A stretch of DNA of 64,000 nucleotides, from contig NC_081333.1 of assembly GCF_022539665.2 (NCBI RefSeq), positions 12,214,001 to 12,278,000 of the forward strand, in the 5' to 3' direction. Positions within the stretch are counted from its first letter, which is position 1. Every line of letters begins with the position of its first letter. This DNA comes from Daphnia carinata (taxonomy: Eukaryota). Positions 18,447 to 32,200 of this stretch are shown here, one piece after another. The notes under the pieces were generated by a model. It was given only the letters and a program-made list of their open reading frames with translations. It was not told the origin of the DNA and did not search any database. Both the position numbers and the translations under genes were made by a program.

Positions 18447-19589
18447 ATGGCTAATCACTATTCAACGTGGGTAGAAGCTAAAGGTATTTCCGTTTGAATA
18501 TTGAACCAATGAATGAAAAATGGATATATAATTTTTATGCATTCGTCCGATTAACAGCCAAGTATCTGGAAGAAAACATCGAAACCCGACGTGGAAATTA
18601 TTTTTGCAAAAATGCATTCGTTAAGTTAGAAGACATTCCAACTTGGGCAGATGAGTCAAAAGAAGCTTCTTCATCCACATCAGTTGAAAAGAATGGTTTA
18701 CAGGCTAATAGAGATCTCAATTCAAAAGTATCAGTTTGGCAAGGAGATATAACTCATTTAGAGGTTGGAGCAATTGTAAATGCAGCCAATAGCAGGTTGG
18801 CTGGTGGAGGTGGAGGTGAAACTTTCTTGAAGTATGCTTTGGGTAACCAGGGTTATATTACATTTTGTTTTGTCATATTTCAGTTGATGGAGCTATTCAT
18901 AAAGCAGCTGGCCCATTCCTTCTCAGTGAATGTAAATCTATTAAAAATGGCTGTCCAACAGGTGAAGCATTACTGACAGGAGGATATAAATTACCTGCAA
19001 AATGTAAGTCTCAGTACTTTAATGTAAATCAATTAAACTTGTGTTTTAAAATAGATGCTATTATTATTTCTACTGTTCATTTTAGTTCAAAATTTTAACG
19101 AACAAATATCACTTAGATAATCAACAAAACCACAGATGCCCCAAAATATCATGCTGAAATTTTTTTTTTTGCAGTAATAAATGTTAGTGAATTATCATTT
19201 CAGATGTCATTCAAACTGTTGGCCCTATGACTCAGGACCCTGCATTGCTGTCGGCTTGTTATTCTAATAGCCTTAAACTTGCCAATGAAAACAACCTAAA
19301 ATCAATTGTAAATCTTGAGTTGTTACAATTTGTAATTTGATTTAGTTCTATTATCTTATCAGCAATTTTTCAACAGGCATTTCCATGCATTTCAACTGGG
19401 GTGTATGGCTATCCAAATAGAGATGCAGCTGATGCAGCACTTTCAGAGGTGAGAAAGTTCCTTGAATGTGAAGTATCATCGTTGGAAAGAGTTATCTTCT
19501 GTGTATTCTTAGATCTGGATTTAAAACTGTATAATGAATTGTTGCCTAAATATTTCCCTTCTTGTGTTGACATCACAAAAGTTGACTAA
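18447..19589 (+). CDS. MACROD2: Macro-domain mono-ADP-ribosylhydrolase (MacroD1/2-like)
   Basis: Exons approx 18447-18483, 18558-18815, 18884-19003, 19204-19307, 19377-19589. Motifs [63 protein letters not shown]. Confidence 0.93.
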
Positions 19590-20344
19590 TCTTGAAAACT
19601 GTGATACACTGGACAGCATATTAAGAAAAATCTTAAAGTTGGATTATTATTTCAATATCTTATGTATGTTACACAGGGTTAGAAGAATATTTTCACGATT
19701 GCTTTAACACGTCTCTTGTACATTTACCATGCTTGGACTCCATTGTCTGAAATTTACAATTATTTGGAAGTTGTCGAAAGCTGAAGCATTTCCACTTCTC
19801 CGCAGTTCGTACACACACCAGCAGGTACACCTTGTCCTATTATTATTGCAGTACTTGGATGTCATTTAATTATTGTTGCATAGTCCTTTACAAGCGAGAT
19901 TTGTTTTTCTATTGCATAAATATATGTACATCTTGGTGGAAAGAATATTAGCGATTTCACCGAGTAAGCAATACAAAACTATCTAATGCTGACGTACAGA
20001 AAGTTTCAATTTTCTGAGTGTTTTGTGCTTATACGGCGTTGCCAGACATAAATTCTGTCAGTATAACTATTTTTTTCCTGATATTAACAATTAAGTGCTT
20101 CATCTTAGCTGGTTTAAGTTAACTTTGCACCGGAAGCCTTTTTCGTAGCATAATGGTTTATTTCACAATCAGTTACGGTTAAGCCTGGATTGAGCAATGC
20201 GTTACCACGGTAACCCCTCCACCCCGCAGCCTAGCTGATATCGTCAGCTACGGAAGTCAACTTTTTGGGCGCTGTCAAGTGTTTTGCCGTATTGTTCAGA
20301 AACTAAGATTGTCCATATTTTAATTACCATATCCAAATTTTTGA

Positions 20345-22426
20345 ATGGATAGTCAAGGAAGAAAAGTTTTAGTCTGTGATAATGGAACAGGCGTAAGCTT
20401 ATTTTTTTTTTTTACTTTTCAAATATGAAACTTTTTATAAAAACGTACCGGCTAACAAATCATCATTGTTAATCTTGATTAGTTCGTCAAAGTTGGTTAT
20501 GCCGGGTCCAATTTTCCGGCTCACATCTTTCCATCGTTGGTCGGCCGTCCTATAATTCGAGCTGCCAACAAAATTGGTGACATTGAAGTCAAGGTGTGTT
20601 TGAAACCTTTTTAGTTAAAGGAGTTTAAATTTTATTTTCCACTTTGCGGTTTGCGCTTTTGAAACGAAATATTCCAGGGCTATCAAATTAAGGTGACAAT
20701 TGAAGGATAAGTATGAAGGGAATCTCATTGACTTTAGTGCATTTGACTGATCATTAATGGCTGTGTGAAGTCCTATAACACAGTTAGTTTTTAAACAGGG
20801 TGGGACACCTGTAGTTACAGTTTTTTTTATCTGTTTGACAACACTAGTGTGACTCCGTTCAAATGTGTTGAATATGTTTGAAGAGACTTAATGTTTGCTA
20901 ATGAATTCAATCACAATTTTGGCTTAATTGCGTGCCTGTCAATCAGGGATTTGCTCACATATCTGTAAGTATTGAGCACTTTACGATGTGAAATTGTTTG
21001 TTGGAATTGCATTGAAATTAACTTGCATGTAGTTTCCAATTTTTTGTTACATGAAACTAATCAAGTTGTTGCTTAATAGGATTTAATGGTTGGAGATGAT
21101 GCCAGTAAGCTCCGCTCAATGCTTGAAGTGAATTACCCTATGGAAAATGGAATTGTGAGGTATTTGTTGATAAACCAATGGAATAACACATTTCCCTGTA
21201 GCTAATCATTTTTATTCTTCAGAAATTGGGAAGACATGTGCCATGTATGGGATTACACATTTGGTCCTGAGAAAATGAATATTGATCCTCGCCAGTGTAA
21301 GGTTTTATTAACAGAACCACCAATGAACCCATTGAAGAATCGCGAAAAAATGATTGAGGTAATAGTTAAAATTACCTCATACTAAGCAATGTAAAATACA
21401 ATAGCATCTTTTTCCAGGTCATGTTCGAAAAATATGGATTTGCCGGTACCTACGTGGCCATCCAGGCAGTTTTAACCCTCTACGCGCAGGGTCTACTGAC
21501 TGGAGTAGTCGTCGATTCTGGGGATGGTGTCACTCACATATGTCCCGTGTACGAAGGATTCGCGATGCCTCATTTAACCAGACGACTCGATATAGCAGGC
21601 AGAGACATAACGCGATATCTTATCAAGGTATTCGCCTTTTTAGTCGCCAAGAAACTATTCCCTATGATAACGCCAATCATTTTCTAATAGCTCCTGCTGT
21701 TGCGAGGATATGCTTTCAATCACACAGCAGACTTCGAAACGGTGCGTCAATTGAAGGAAAAGCTTTGTTATATAGGTTATAACATAGAAACGGAACAAAA
21801 ATTGGCTCTCGAAACAACGGTTTTAGTTGAATCATACACAGTAAGTCACGCGACGTTTACCTTCGTTTTCCCATGGCCCTGACATATAAAATAACGTCGA
21901 TTTCTAAAAAAGCTTCCCGATGGGCGAGTCATCAAAGTGGGCGGTGAACGGTTTGAAGCCCCCGAAGCACTTTTCCAGCCTCACTTGATCAACGTCGAAG
22001 GGTCGGGAATCGCCGAGCTTGTGTTTTCGACCATTCAAGCAGCAGATATCGATGTTCGCCCATCGCTTTATAAACACATAGTCCTTTCAGGCGGTTCCAC
22101 CATGTACCCTGGTCTTCCATCTCGACTCGAACGCGAGATCAAACAACTGTACCTGGAACGTGTTCTTAAAGGCGACACGGAGAAACTAACGGTTTTGCCC
22201 AGATATGATACAGTTGTCTCATTTAAACAATTTTAAATTTCCTTTTTTCACCATACAGAAATTCAAAATTCGTATTGAAGATCCCCCACGCCGCAAGGAC
22301 ATGGTTTTCATTGGTGGAGCTGTATTGGCCGACGTTATGAAAGATAAGGAATCTTTCTGGATGTCCAGAGAAGAATACAGTGAGCGTGGTATCCGCGTGC
22401 TGGACAAGCTCGTCAACCGCTCCTAA
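20345..22426 (+). CDS. ACTR2: Actin-related protein 2 (Arp2/3 complex)
   Basis: Exons approx 20345-20392, 20483-20593, 21080-21159, 21223-21358, 21418-21627, 21691-21840, 21913-22191, 22259-22426, plus a candidate microexon 20947-20964. Motifs [53 protein letters not shown]. Confidence 0.97.
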
Positions 22427-23204
22427 CGCGCAATTTTAACCGCCGTTCCTCGTTTCTTCAGATTCCCATCGAAGGCCACGTTATTTACTAATCAGATGTC
22501 CGTTTCCATGTTGCTGGGTTTACATTCCCGCCCTCCCAAATTTTTGTTGACCCAAAAAAAATTCTGCCTGAATAAACAAAAATAGCCTCTGTAATTACAG
22601 AAAGTTAACAGGCGGAAAAGATCTCAAGCAATTTATTATTGCACAAGGAAATATGGCTGTGGTAGTAGGTAATTCAGATAGGAGCACATTTAACATTCCA
22701 AGGCAACACGGAGGGAAATACCTTTTTAAAAGGTTACACTGGGCACGACATGAAGCCATTGTTTATCTTTGTTAACACCGTCAACGTTAGAAACAGTCGC
22801 AAGAAACGCACACGAGATATGTGAATTCTTGGATAAGGCACAGGCGTAGAATAGGAGAATAAATTTTGTTGTCCATTTCCCTCTAATTTTCTTTAATAAA
22901 GAAAATAGAAGATGTCGACCACAACTTTTTAAACGACTTCCTTTTTTTTTTCTTTTTCTTCAAGAAAAAGACCTATTCAACCTTTATTCTTTACATAAGG
23001 AGATAAAAAAAAGGGGGAAAAATATTGAACAATTTTGAAAACAATGACCCAACACTCACTGGATAAATACACGTCATGAAATGATTTAGTTGGTCCCAAC
23101 TTTTTTTGTTGATTGACATGAGAAGCGAAACAGTTCATATCGTTAAGGGACAGTATACAAAAGGATGGCACGTAGTACTAGGTATTTTGCACCTTTCGTA
23201 TCAT

Positions 23205-24659
23205 TCAACGATAACTCTGGCCGGGCATATTATTATCTCCACCGCTGTAAGGACCCCGTTGTTGAAGCATATTAACTTGACTATTGTACGAGGAAGCAAC
23301 TTCGCCGCCACCATTGTTGTTGTTGCTATAATTGGAAGATGCTTCGGAAGAAACATCGTAAGTTGAAGAGAGGTGGTGATGATGAGGAATGTTGGCGGCC
23401 ATGGCAGCATTTTCTGAACTCGATCTAAATTGCAAACCGAAAACCATTTTGAAAATACGTGTATCTCCAAATGATTCTAGGCAGTGTGCTTACCTGTTAC
23501 AGTCATACATTGGCCCATAATTGGAAGAGGACAGGCCACCTGACATAATGTAAGCCTGATCCGTAGGAACAGTAACCTGGTTATCGAACGAAACAACTGA
23601 TTCAGCACCTCGCGTTCCTACCTGGGCGCCGCTGGTATTGCTGGAACTGTGCTGTATAAAGTCAGACGAGGAACCACCGCTTGGGCGCTGGTTTCCGCCG
23701 GCTAAATTGAAATAAGAAGGAAAAAACAGATTATTCAACAAACCAAATAAGAACCGAAACGAAGGAAACAAGAGAATTTTAAAATGGGCAAAATTGGGTC
23801 AAACTCACCTGTTTTCAGACAAGTGGGCGAATGCATGGCCAGCACATCCATCAGCCGACGCTTTTCCGCCTCCAGTCGCTGGATTTCGGAACGAAAGTTG
23901 ACATTTTGATCCTCCAAAGCATCCGATTCCTGCATAAGGATGCCCGTCCGCTCCTTTTTGCGGTTGCGACATTTGGTAGCGGCAACTTTGTTCCGCTCAC
24001 GCCTCCTCCGACGGCGTTCTTCGTCTTCGGTCGTCAGCTGTCCCATCCGCACGGAACGCCCGGAATAAACGAGAAAGTTACCAGCTGCTGTTTCAAATCG
24101 AAAATTTGCAAGATATCTAGAAAGTTACCTCATCTTTTAAGGGCAAATGGCCGTGCTGATCGGATTCGAGAGAACCCCGACCGGAAGCCAATCGCTTGCT
24201 TTGGATCGTTAGTTTCAGTCCTTCCTTAATTAAGTACGTTCGTGTGTTCTGGATAGACGGTGGACCACCGGCTGGCGGAGTAGAAGGGGTAGCCGGCGAT
24301 GAACACAATGATGAAAAAGAGGAGAAGGAGGAGGAGGCGTGCTCCCCCGGTGATGATGGCCCGTCGCCCGGGGTTGAAGCTGGAAGGCCAGCCGAGACTC
24401 CTGCACTTCCCAATGTGGAGGAGGAAGACTGAAAATACGTGAAAGACGAAGAGCCAGAAGCATTGCCAACGTTAGCGGCAGATCCGTAGCGTCCTCCTGC
24501 GCTTCCGTAAGAGGGGACATTGTCGAATGGAGCTCCGGCCAGCAGGTTGAGAATCTCCGGAGTACGCGGAGTGGTGCAGGAGCCGGCGGCTGTCGATGAC
24601 GAGTCGTTTCCGCCACCTCCGCCGGAAGCATTGGTAGCCAAATTGACGTTGAGATACAT
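23205..24659 (-). CDS. ATF3: bZIP transcription factor of the ATF3 family
   Basis: Exons approx 24659-24129, ~24061-23809, 23701-23494, 23424-23205. Motifs MYLNVNL, CTTPRTPEILN, LIKEGLKLTIQSKR; bZIP EDEERRRRRRERNKVAATKCRNRKKER..L..HSPTC. Confidence 0.92.
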
Positions 24660-25506
24660 ATAAATGGCGATCGGGATTCACCTGTGTGAGATTTCCAGTA
24701 AAACCATCGGCGTCTTTGTCATCAGGTGACTAAACCAATTCCATGGAATTCCACTTTTTTTTTGTTCTTTCGTGCTTAAGTGTTTTCCTGTTCGAACCGC
24801 TCGAGAAAAATTCGTAGCGGGAGCAGTCTTTTAGCCGTTCCCACACGGATCCGGAATAATCCAACACCAATCTACACCGCTGTTCTTTTTAATGCTATTC
24901 AACACGTAAATTTATGGTGTCGAAAGATCACATGTCACCGAGCGTTCGAATAATAAATAAACACCCCGAAAAGGAGGAAAAAAAACAACAATCGGTTCGC
25001 TACAGTCTACGAAGAATATCCATAAAACAGTAAGAGAGAGAGAGATCGGCGTTGGCTCGAACGGAATCAAAAGCGGCTGCTGGCGGATGTGTTGGTCGCA
25101 GCCCGGCGCCCCACCACCTGTATGTTGATTGTTTTCCAAAAAGGCCAATCAATTTCCATATTGTTATATGATGCATACATTACTGATTGTTTTTTTTTAT
25201 TATTATTTTTGTGTGATACAAAACGTATTTTTACAATCGTGTGCCTTTTATTATTCTGTCCGCTTTATTGACATTTTCAAGCTTTTTTTGTTTTCCCTCT
25301 CTGACGTTTGAAAGGAAAACGAGCCCGCGACACATTTGCCAACGGAAATGGAGACCTATTGATAGTGCCAACATTTCCTAACCATTAGTCCATTTCCTTT
25401 CTAATTTTTCCCGTTTTTTTTTTTGTTGCACTTATGTACGTAACGCCAACGATTCTTATGTATTCAAGAAAGGCACACTGTTGCGTGATGTAAGAATGAA
25501 ACTTAC

Positions 25507-25810
25507 CGTCTGACGGACATATCACGGGGAGAAAACCTTGTGTTTGAGATAATCCACGGGGTCCGCGCACTAACACATACACAAACAACAAAAAAGAACA
25601 CGTTCCTCACGCACACGCACGAACGCTCACGCTTTGTTGTCTCTCCTGGGCGACGGACGGCCGATCACTGAGCGAAGGACAGCGATCTCAGCGCCGGTTA
25701 TATACCGGCACCCGAAATAGACACTGATGTCACTAGCAAGAACGCCGATTGGTCCGCGAGCAACAACCAGGACGTCAGCGTTGGACTTTTCCTTTGCGCT
25801 CATTGGCTGC
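25507..25810 (-). promoter_or_regulatory. Putative ATF3 promoter and non-coding first exon
   Basis: Minus strand order: CCAAT (~25802-25806), CRE-like TGACGTCC (~25770-25777), CCAAT (~25748-25752), TGACATCA (~25726-25733), TATATAA (25704-25698), Inr-like TCAGT (25671-25667), then a gtaagt donor at 25506. Confidence 0.62.
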
Positions 25811-28800
25811 CCGCGGGACTTGTTCGCCCACCACCTCCCTTCAATAGATTCAGTCCCGCGTACACAAGCTGCCCCATTTCCACCCATCAAGTTACACACA
25901 CACACACACACTCGTATACACACAACCATTCTAGCCGTGTTAGAAGCCCAGTGTCAAATGCCAAATGAAAGAGCCCCGTTTTCTTCGTTCTTTTTCACGT
26001 TTTTTTTCCCTTTCCCCTAACCCACCAATAAGCACTTGTCACAAAACTGTTTAATCAAACATCTTTAGCGGGATCCTCTCCAACATAATTGGGAAAGTCC
26101 ATATCACACCTACATTGGAACTGCTGGGCAACATACGGTGCCATAAAGCCTATTCTAGAGTCTGTTTCTAGGAGTTCTTTTGATTCATTTATATCGCCAT
26201 ATCTTTCATACGGTAGTAATGTGTGGGTGTCTGTAAACCTCGAGAAATTCGGTTCGTTATCAGCCGTTGTAAAAGGAGAAGCAGGGCCAGCACACAAGTC
26301 TCCAATTCTCTCTCAAGTGCTGGAAATGTTTGTTGGATCGCGGCTGTGACGTTTCTTCTAGCAACTCTCTCATCCTAACCAATCACTCATTTGATTTTTT
26401 TTTTTGTCGGAATTATTTAGATCAGAGCCAAAGATTTCACACACAGAAAGGAAATAAGAAAAAAATATTTAAGAAATATGAAAGACAAAAAAAAAATAAA
26501 TAATTCGGTCCTTGGGATGTAAGCGCGTCCTGAAATGAAATGCTCTTGTTACACCACAATCCCGTTGCTGGTGATCGGGATTGTACACGTTCAAGGTTCA
26601 AGTCACGTCGTGTTCCTATAGTCTCAAATAGTATATAGTCTCGCTCCTCCCAGAAAATAATTACATTTTTTTTTATCGGATCAAAGATAAGTCTCGACTT
26701 TTGCTGCCCATCTTTTGCTTTTTTGGGTGTGTGTGTTTTGTCGATCGTTGTTGGGAAAGTTGGAACTTGACGAATTTGACGTTGTGTTTATGCACTACGC
26801 CGAAGACGAATGAGGAACCTGTATTTTTCCTATACGAATCGCCCATTCATTAAATATCCAATTTGAATTTTCGAGGGGTTTCTATACAAGTGAAAGAAAA
26901 ACACCAAACGAAAGATGGAAAGCAAACGAATAAAAAAAGAAGGGGGGTATTTAAAAGATTCTTAAAAACCTACACTGGCGAAGACATAAAAATGGGGTCA
27001 AAACAGGCAGACGCCCACACGAAATGTAAAGGGAGAGAGAAACACGCCCTGATGAAGCGAAACAAAACAAAACAACAATACAACAAAAGCTGTAATCCCA
27101 ACTTTGGTCCGGGATAAATTGAAAGAAAATAAATTATCAATCGTTCCCACACACAAAACACATATCAACACACACGGGAAGGAGGAATTAGGAATACGAA
27201 AAATACAAAAAAAAAAAAAAAGGCGAGGGCTATGGTGTGGCAGCCAACCTGTTGAATTTTCGTTTGTCCTCTTCACGAACGATTGGCACACGAGGGAAGA
27301 ACCTTTGGATGGAGACAAATAATCCAACATTAATCTCATTTACAATGAGGGGCAAGTAAAGGAAAACTTGAAAAGCCTGATGGGCGTCTTCTTCTTTCAT
27401 CCTGAGATTTCGTCTCCTCATTTTCCTTAAAAATGCATTTTTTGGATGCGAGAAATTAATAAAAGAGAAGCAAAAATCATGCCACAGGCTTTAAAATGGG
27501 AGGTTTCCTTTCTTCTCTGCGCAACAAGCGAGTTCCTTTTCTTTCTCTAGAATGGTTATCTAGTGCGCTGTGTAAACGTGTGGGTGGTTAGTAATCCGCG
27601 GATCCGCGGATCCCTTAGACTAACAACCAGAGAAATGCCTTCCTCTCTCTTGGCTATTGGGCGGATCGACGGGGGTTCGATTTTACAGCCACACACACAC
27701 ATGCGCATATATTTACATGTACACGAATACGGAAAACCAAACCATCATATGAATTTGGTATAATTGAGCAGGTGGCACGCAGCCGCTTTCCACATGCGGT
27801 GGATCGTTCCGGCAACCTGTCCGCTCCCCCCAGTCGTGAATACGATGCACCGTTCCTCAGGAAAGACGGACCCTATGCGACGATCGTATTTTACATCTTT
27901 CGCAGAAAGATCCAACATTTTTGAATATTTGCAGTCACCGAGTATATTTATTTATCTCTTTCACAAGTCTCTAATTTTTTTTTTTTGCTTTAACAGACAA
28001 CAGCTTCTTTCTTCTTCGTTTCTCAAAATCTACAAGTGCAACATTTCGGTAGTGTCAACACTAAAATTAGGGAGCGGGGGAACAGCTATTTTTCTTTTCC
28101 CGATAGACATTTTTCTTTCCTACTTTACAAACATACATGTGGTCTGTTCCAAATATGGGTCGTGAGAATCTGATAATGCAAAAGAAGAAGGAAAGTGACG
28201 AGAGACGAATGAAAATAATAAACATAAACTCGGCTGGTTCACATGCAAAAAGAGAATGAATATAATCAGGGGGAAAAAATTATACCATGAGCCCCATCTA
28301 CAGGCTAACGCAATAAGTTGAATGGGTTGGGAGCTAAAAATAAGAACAGAAAAATCGTTTTTTTTTTTAACCTAAAAAAAAAAACCCAGGGAAATGGTGA
28401 AGAGGCTGGAAGGAAAGACAAGTCAGTATAGTGAGCGGTGGGGAAAAGCAACTAATAGATTAAAGGTGTGTATATATTTTTATTTTTCACCTGTCGCAGG
28501 TGATGGGAATTATATCAATCTGTCGTTTAATCTTAATAAAGCCCAAAAGAAGTGTAATAGAGACAGAAACCAAAAAAATATGGAAAGACAACTACGGTAA
28601 TATATCGTCCTAGCTTGGGGGAGACGCAGAAAGACGGGCAGAGGGACGAACGGAATATGAGCTAACCATCAATAGAGTCAGAGAGACAAGCAATTGACAG
28701 AAGCCAATATTATGGTATTTTAATTATTTTCTTCCTTTTTTTTAACGTTTAAATTGTAATAAATCAAAAGTGCGCTATTTGAATTGGATTTCTGTTACGA

Positions 28801-29213
28801 GACACTGATTAATTAAGATAACTGTAAGAGAAAACAAAAGAGGGGAAAAATTATTATTAGACAAAATAAATGCTTGGGATGTTAACCTTCACATCGGCAA
28901 GAGTTTTCTTTTGAGAACTACTTGAAGAAAAACTAAAAAAATATTAACGAAAGGAAACATACGGCATTTTAGACCTACGGAGAATTTCCAGCTACATATT
29001 GCAAGACAGTTTCCTGTATCCATCGACTACCGTTTTTGCTCGACGCGCATAAACAACCCTTTAAAAATGAATATATTTTTACTTTTTTGTTTTTTTGCCT
29101 GAAAATATTTTTCCCCTCACTTGATTGAGCAGGTTGGTAGCGATCAAATAAAACGAAATCAAACTCTCCCTATCTCAAACGCTGTTATTGTTTTTTACCG
29201 GGAAGTTGTTAAA

Positions 29214-32200
29214 TCACTCGGTTGCACCGTCGGTGGCGACGAATTCGCCGGACATGTTAAGCGTGTCAAAGAAATCTGCGTCAATATCGAGCGATACGGA
29301 AGAACAGGGTGACGCGTCCATATTAAAAGGGAAATTATTCAACGAACTGAATGCTCCCGGATGGCGAACTTTCGTGTCCGTATCGCTCCCCGCGTCACTA
29401 GACGAGTCGAACCGATCACCGTAAAACTGGTCTTGCTGCTCCATCAGCAACTGCTTCTTTAGAAATGGTTGCTGAACCTGCACAAAATAAAACGATTGTT
29501 CGTCCATCGTTACGACCATTTCAAAAATAATAAAATAAACAATCCACATAAAAGACACGTTAGTTGCAAGACTCGCATTTGAACAACCCCCCTTTTCAGC
29601 AAAAGCGATTAATAATCCCAGCGGAAAAAAAGATTTTAAAAAAGCAATGGATAAATAGAAATGAATCGGACTGCCTACCCCATTCGATAGACAAAGCAAA
29701 AGGACAGACGAAGAAAGGGAGTGAGACCCATATCGGTCAAAAAAAAGATACCTTTTCCAGAGAAAGCTGAGGAGGAGGAAGCAGAGATACAAAGCAAGAA
29801 GAAGACGAAGAGACAGCTTTGCAGGAAGAGTGTCGCTTCTGCAGTTCGTGCCCCGTCTGCAAGTCATGACCACTGACCAATAAGTTCTGGAGAACGCTGG
29901 AAGATTGCTTGCTCCGCTCCGTCGGCCTCTCAATAAGCAATTCCATTAAACTAGATGTGGCGCCTCTCGACGGCTTCAATGGTACTACGCGGGTTGCCAA
30001 CGGTCCAGCTGAAGGTATTTTCAATGTCGGCGCTTTCAATCGCTTGGGATTCGAATCGTCAGCCGGACCTAAACTGCTGCGCTTGTGCGCATGTTGTGAA
30101 GCCAAAAAGGACGCAGCCACCGTCTCCGGAGGACTACTTTCTTTTACAACTGGCGGCCGGCATTCCGCTAATTTTGGAGGCCCGCCAACTGGTTTTGGCA
30201 GATCATTTTGTTGTAGCAGCTTGACGAGTACGCATTGGTCCGTTTCGCTGAATGTCAAACCCGTTTTCCTGCACAGGAAACGAGGATGAGGAAAAAAAAA
30301 AAAAAAAAAGGAGGAATTGAGGATGAATGGTGCAATCGTCACTGAACATGTGACTTGTTTCTTACTGCATAGGTAGCAGGGGTAAGCATTCCAAATCCAA
30401 ACCACAAAAAAGCTCAGATGGATCAAATAGCGGCAAATCGTCGCTTTCATTCATCGATATGTAAGGAGCTCTTCGATCCAATTCGTCTTCTTCTTCCAAC
30501 GGAGATTTCGAGCTCTTCAATGCTGAGCACGCCATAAAAGTATCGTCCATAAAGGATGGACTGGTAACAGTCATCCGATAATCTATTTCGTAATCTTCCT
30601 TGTCTGGTGACTATAATAGGAAACATTCATGATGTAAAAGTTGTCATTAAACGAATGATTTTTTAAAGGGTAACTCACGCTAGAGGCCAGAGGTGACGAC
30701 ACATTAGACGAGCTACTCGGCAGAGGAGTTTCGCTATTAAAGAATATAAATGGATCTTCTTGCTTGATAACAGGCGGGACACAAAAGTCGACCGGCTCAA
30801 TTGCGCCACTGCCATCGCTAGCGATCCATTGCTCCGATTCCATCAGCAAGGGGATATCAAAACCGGTTAGAGGCAGACAATCGAAAAACTCGGGCGTCAG
30901 TTGCTCAACATCGAAAAGGTCGCTAGGGAAACTGACGGATGGCATGTCCAATGGGATGCACGTGTCCCCAGCGACAGGGGCTAAGTGAGTCAAGTCCTCC
31001 GGCTCCTCTTTCAGGACTTTTAAAAACAAACACGATAAGCAAATGACAACATCTTGTTTACGCCGAACGGGGGTTCTAAGAAAAAGTAAGACATACCAGT
31101 AGCGCCATTTTGCTTGTCGAAGATCAAGAATCCTTCGTTCATCTCAGCAGTCTTAGGTACAAATAGCTTAGAAGTCATATTCTGTGGCACCCAATCGGTG
31201 GGTGGCTTTCTTGATGGTCCAGGAGCAGCAACCAGTGGTCGGTGGGCAAGACTAATGGTTGATGTTTCTGCTTGGTTAGCAAATAGGATTTGATCTCCAT
31301 CCTCAATTTCGCTGTTGGACGGATGTAGTTGCCATTTCAAGATAAGTCAATGTGATTGTACCGAATGAACTTTCATTTCCACTTACCTAAGACAAGTATG
31401 AACACAAACAACGGCTTGCGGCCTCGAATCTCGGTTGCCATATACGAGAGTGGCTTGGGTCTGGATCCAAGCATAACCGCCATGCCTTGCCAAGAATCTG
31501 TAAGGAGGGGTTTGAATTTGCCCTTTGGTAAACACTACGTACCAAAAAGATAAAACAAAAAGTTCACGTGAGTACAAATGACGTCAGGAAATTATTAGGC
31601 AAAAAATGCGAGCGTCGCCCGAGCTTACTCGTTTTGTAGCTCTTGAGTACGGACTCGTTGTCCTGTGCATGATGTAGTTGATACGCCGACTGACCTTCCA
31701 AATCCTCTGGCGTGTATCCCAAAAACTCGTAAATCCTAAACGTTATAAAGAAATCAATGTGTTAAAAGCCCTGTTCTATTTTTTTTTAAATGGATATCTA
31801 TTTCGTTTTACTTTTCATCGACGTAGCTGTACTTCATATCCAAGGTGTGTTTGGTAAGGAAAGTGTAGCTGTCCAGCGGCATTTCAATGTTGGATGGATG
31901 CGGTATGGGATCACCAACCATGACGAGAAAGTGGCTAGTCGGAGCCTTGGCCTCCAGTTCCAAATCGTCCTCAGTTAGTAAATCGTCTTCTTCATCGAAA
32001 GCACGCTCTTGCGAATAACCATTACGAACGCTTGCGGTCGCCAATACAATGCGTCCCGAACAGTTCATAACCTGGCAAAAGTCCAGAAACGTGCCAAAAT
32101 AGAAAAAAAAAAAAGGAAATTTAGAAAATTCAACAAGCAAGTTTTTGGTTTAATTTTGTGTGAGACCCATACTTTGTAAGAGGCGGCTTTCAGGTTATTA

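Noticed and set aside
29214..29933. 239-aa minus-strand ORF as a separate gene
   Set aside because: Only its last part (29477-29214) is the terminal HIF-alpha exon. The rest is an alternate frame of the previous exon plus intron.
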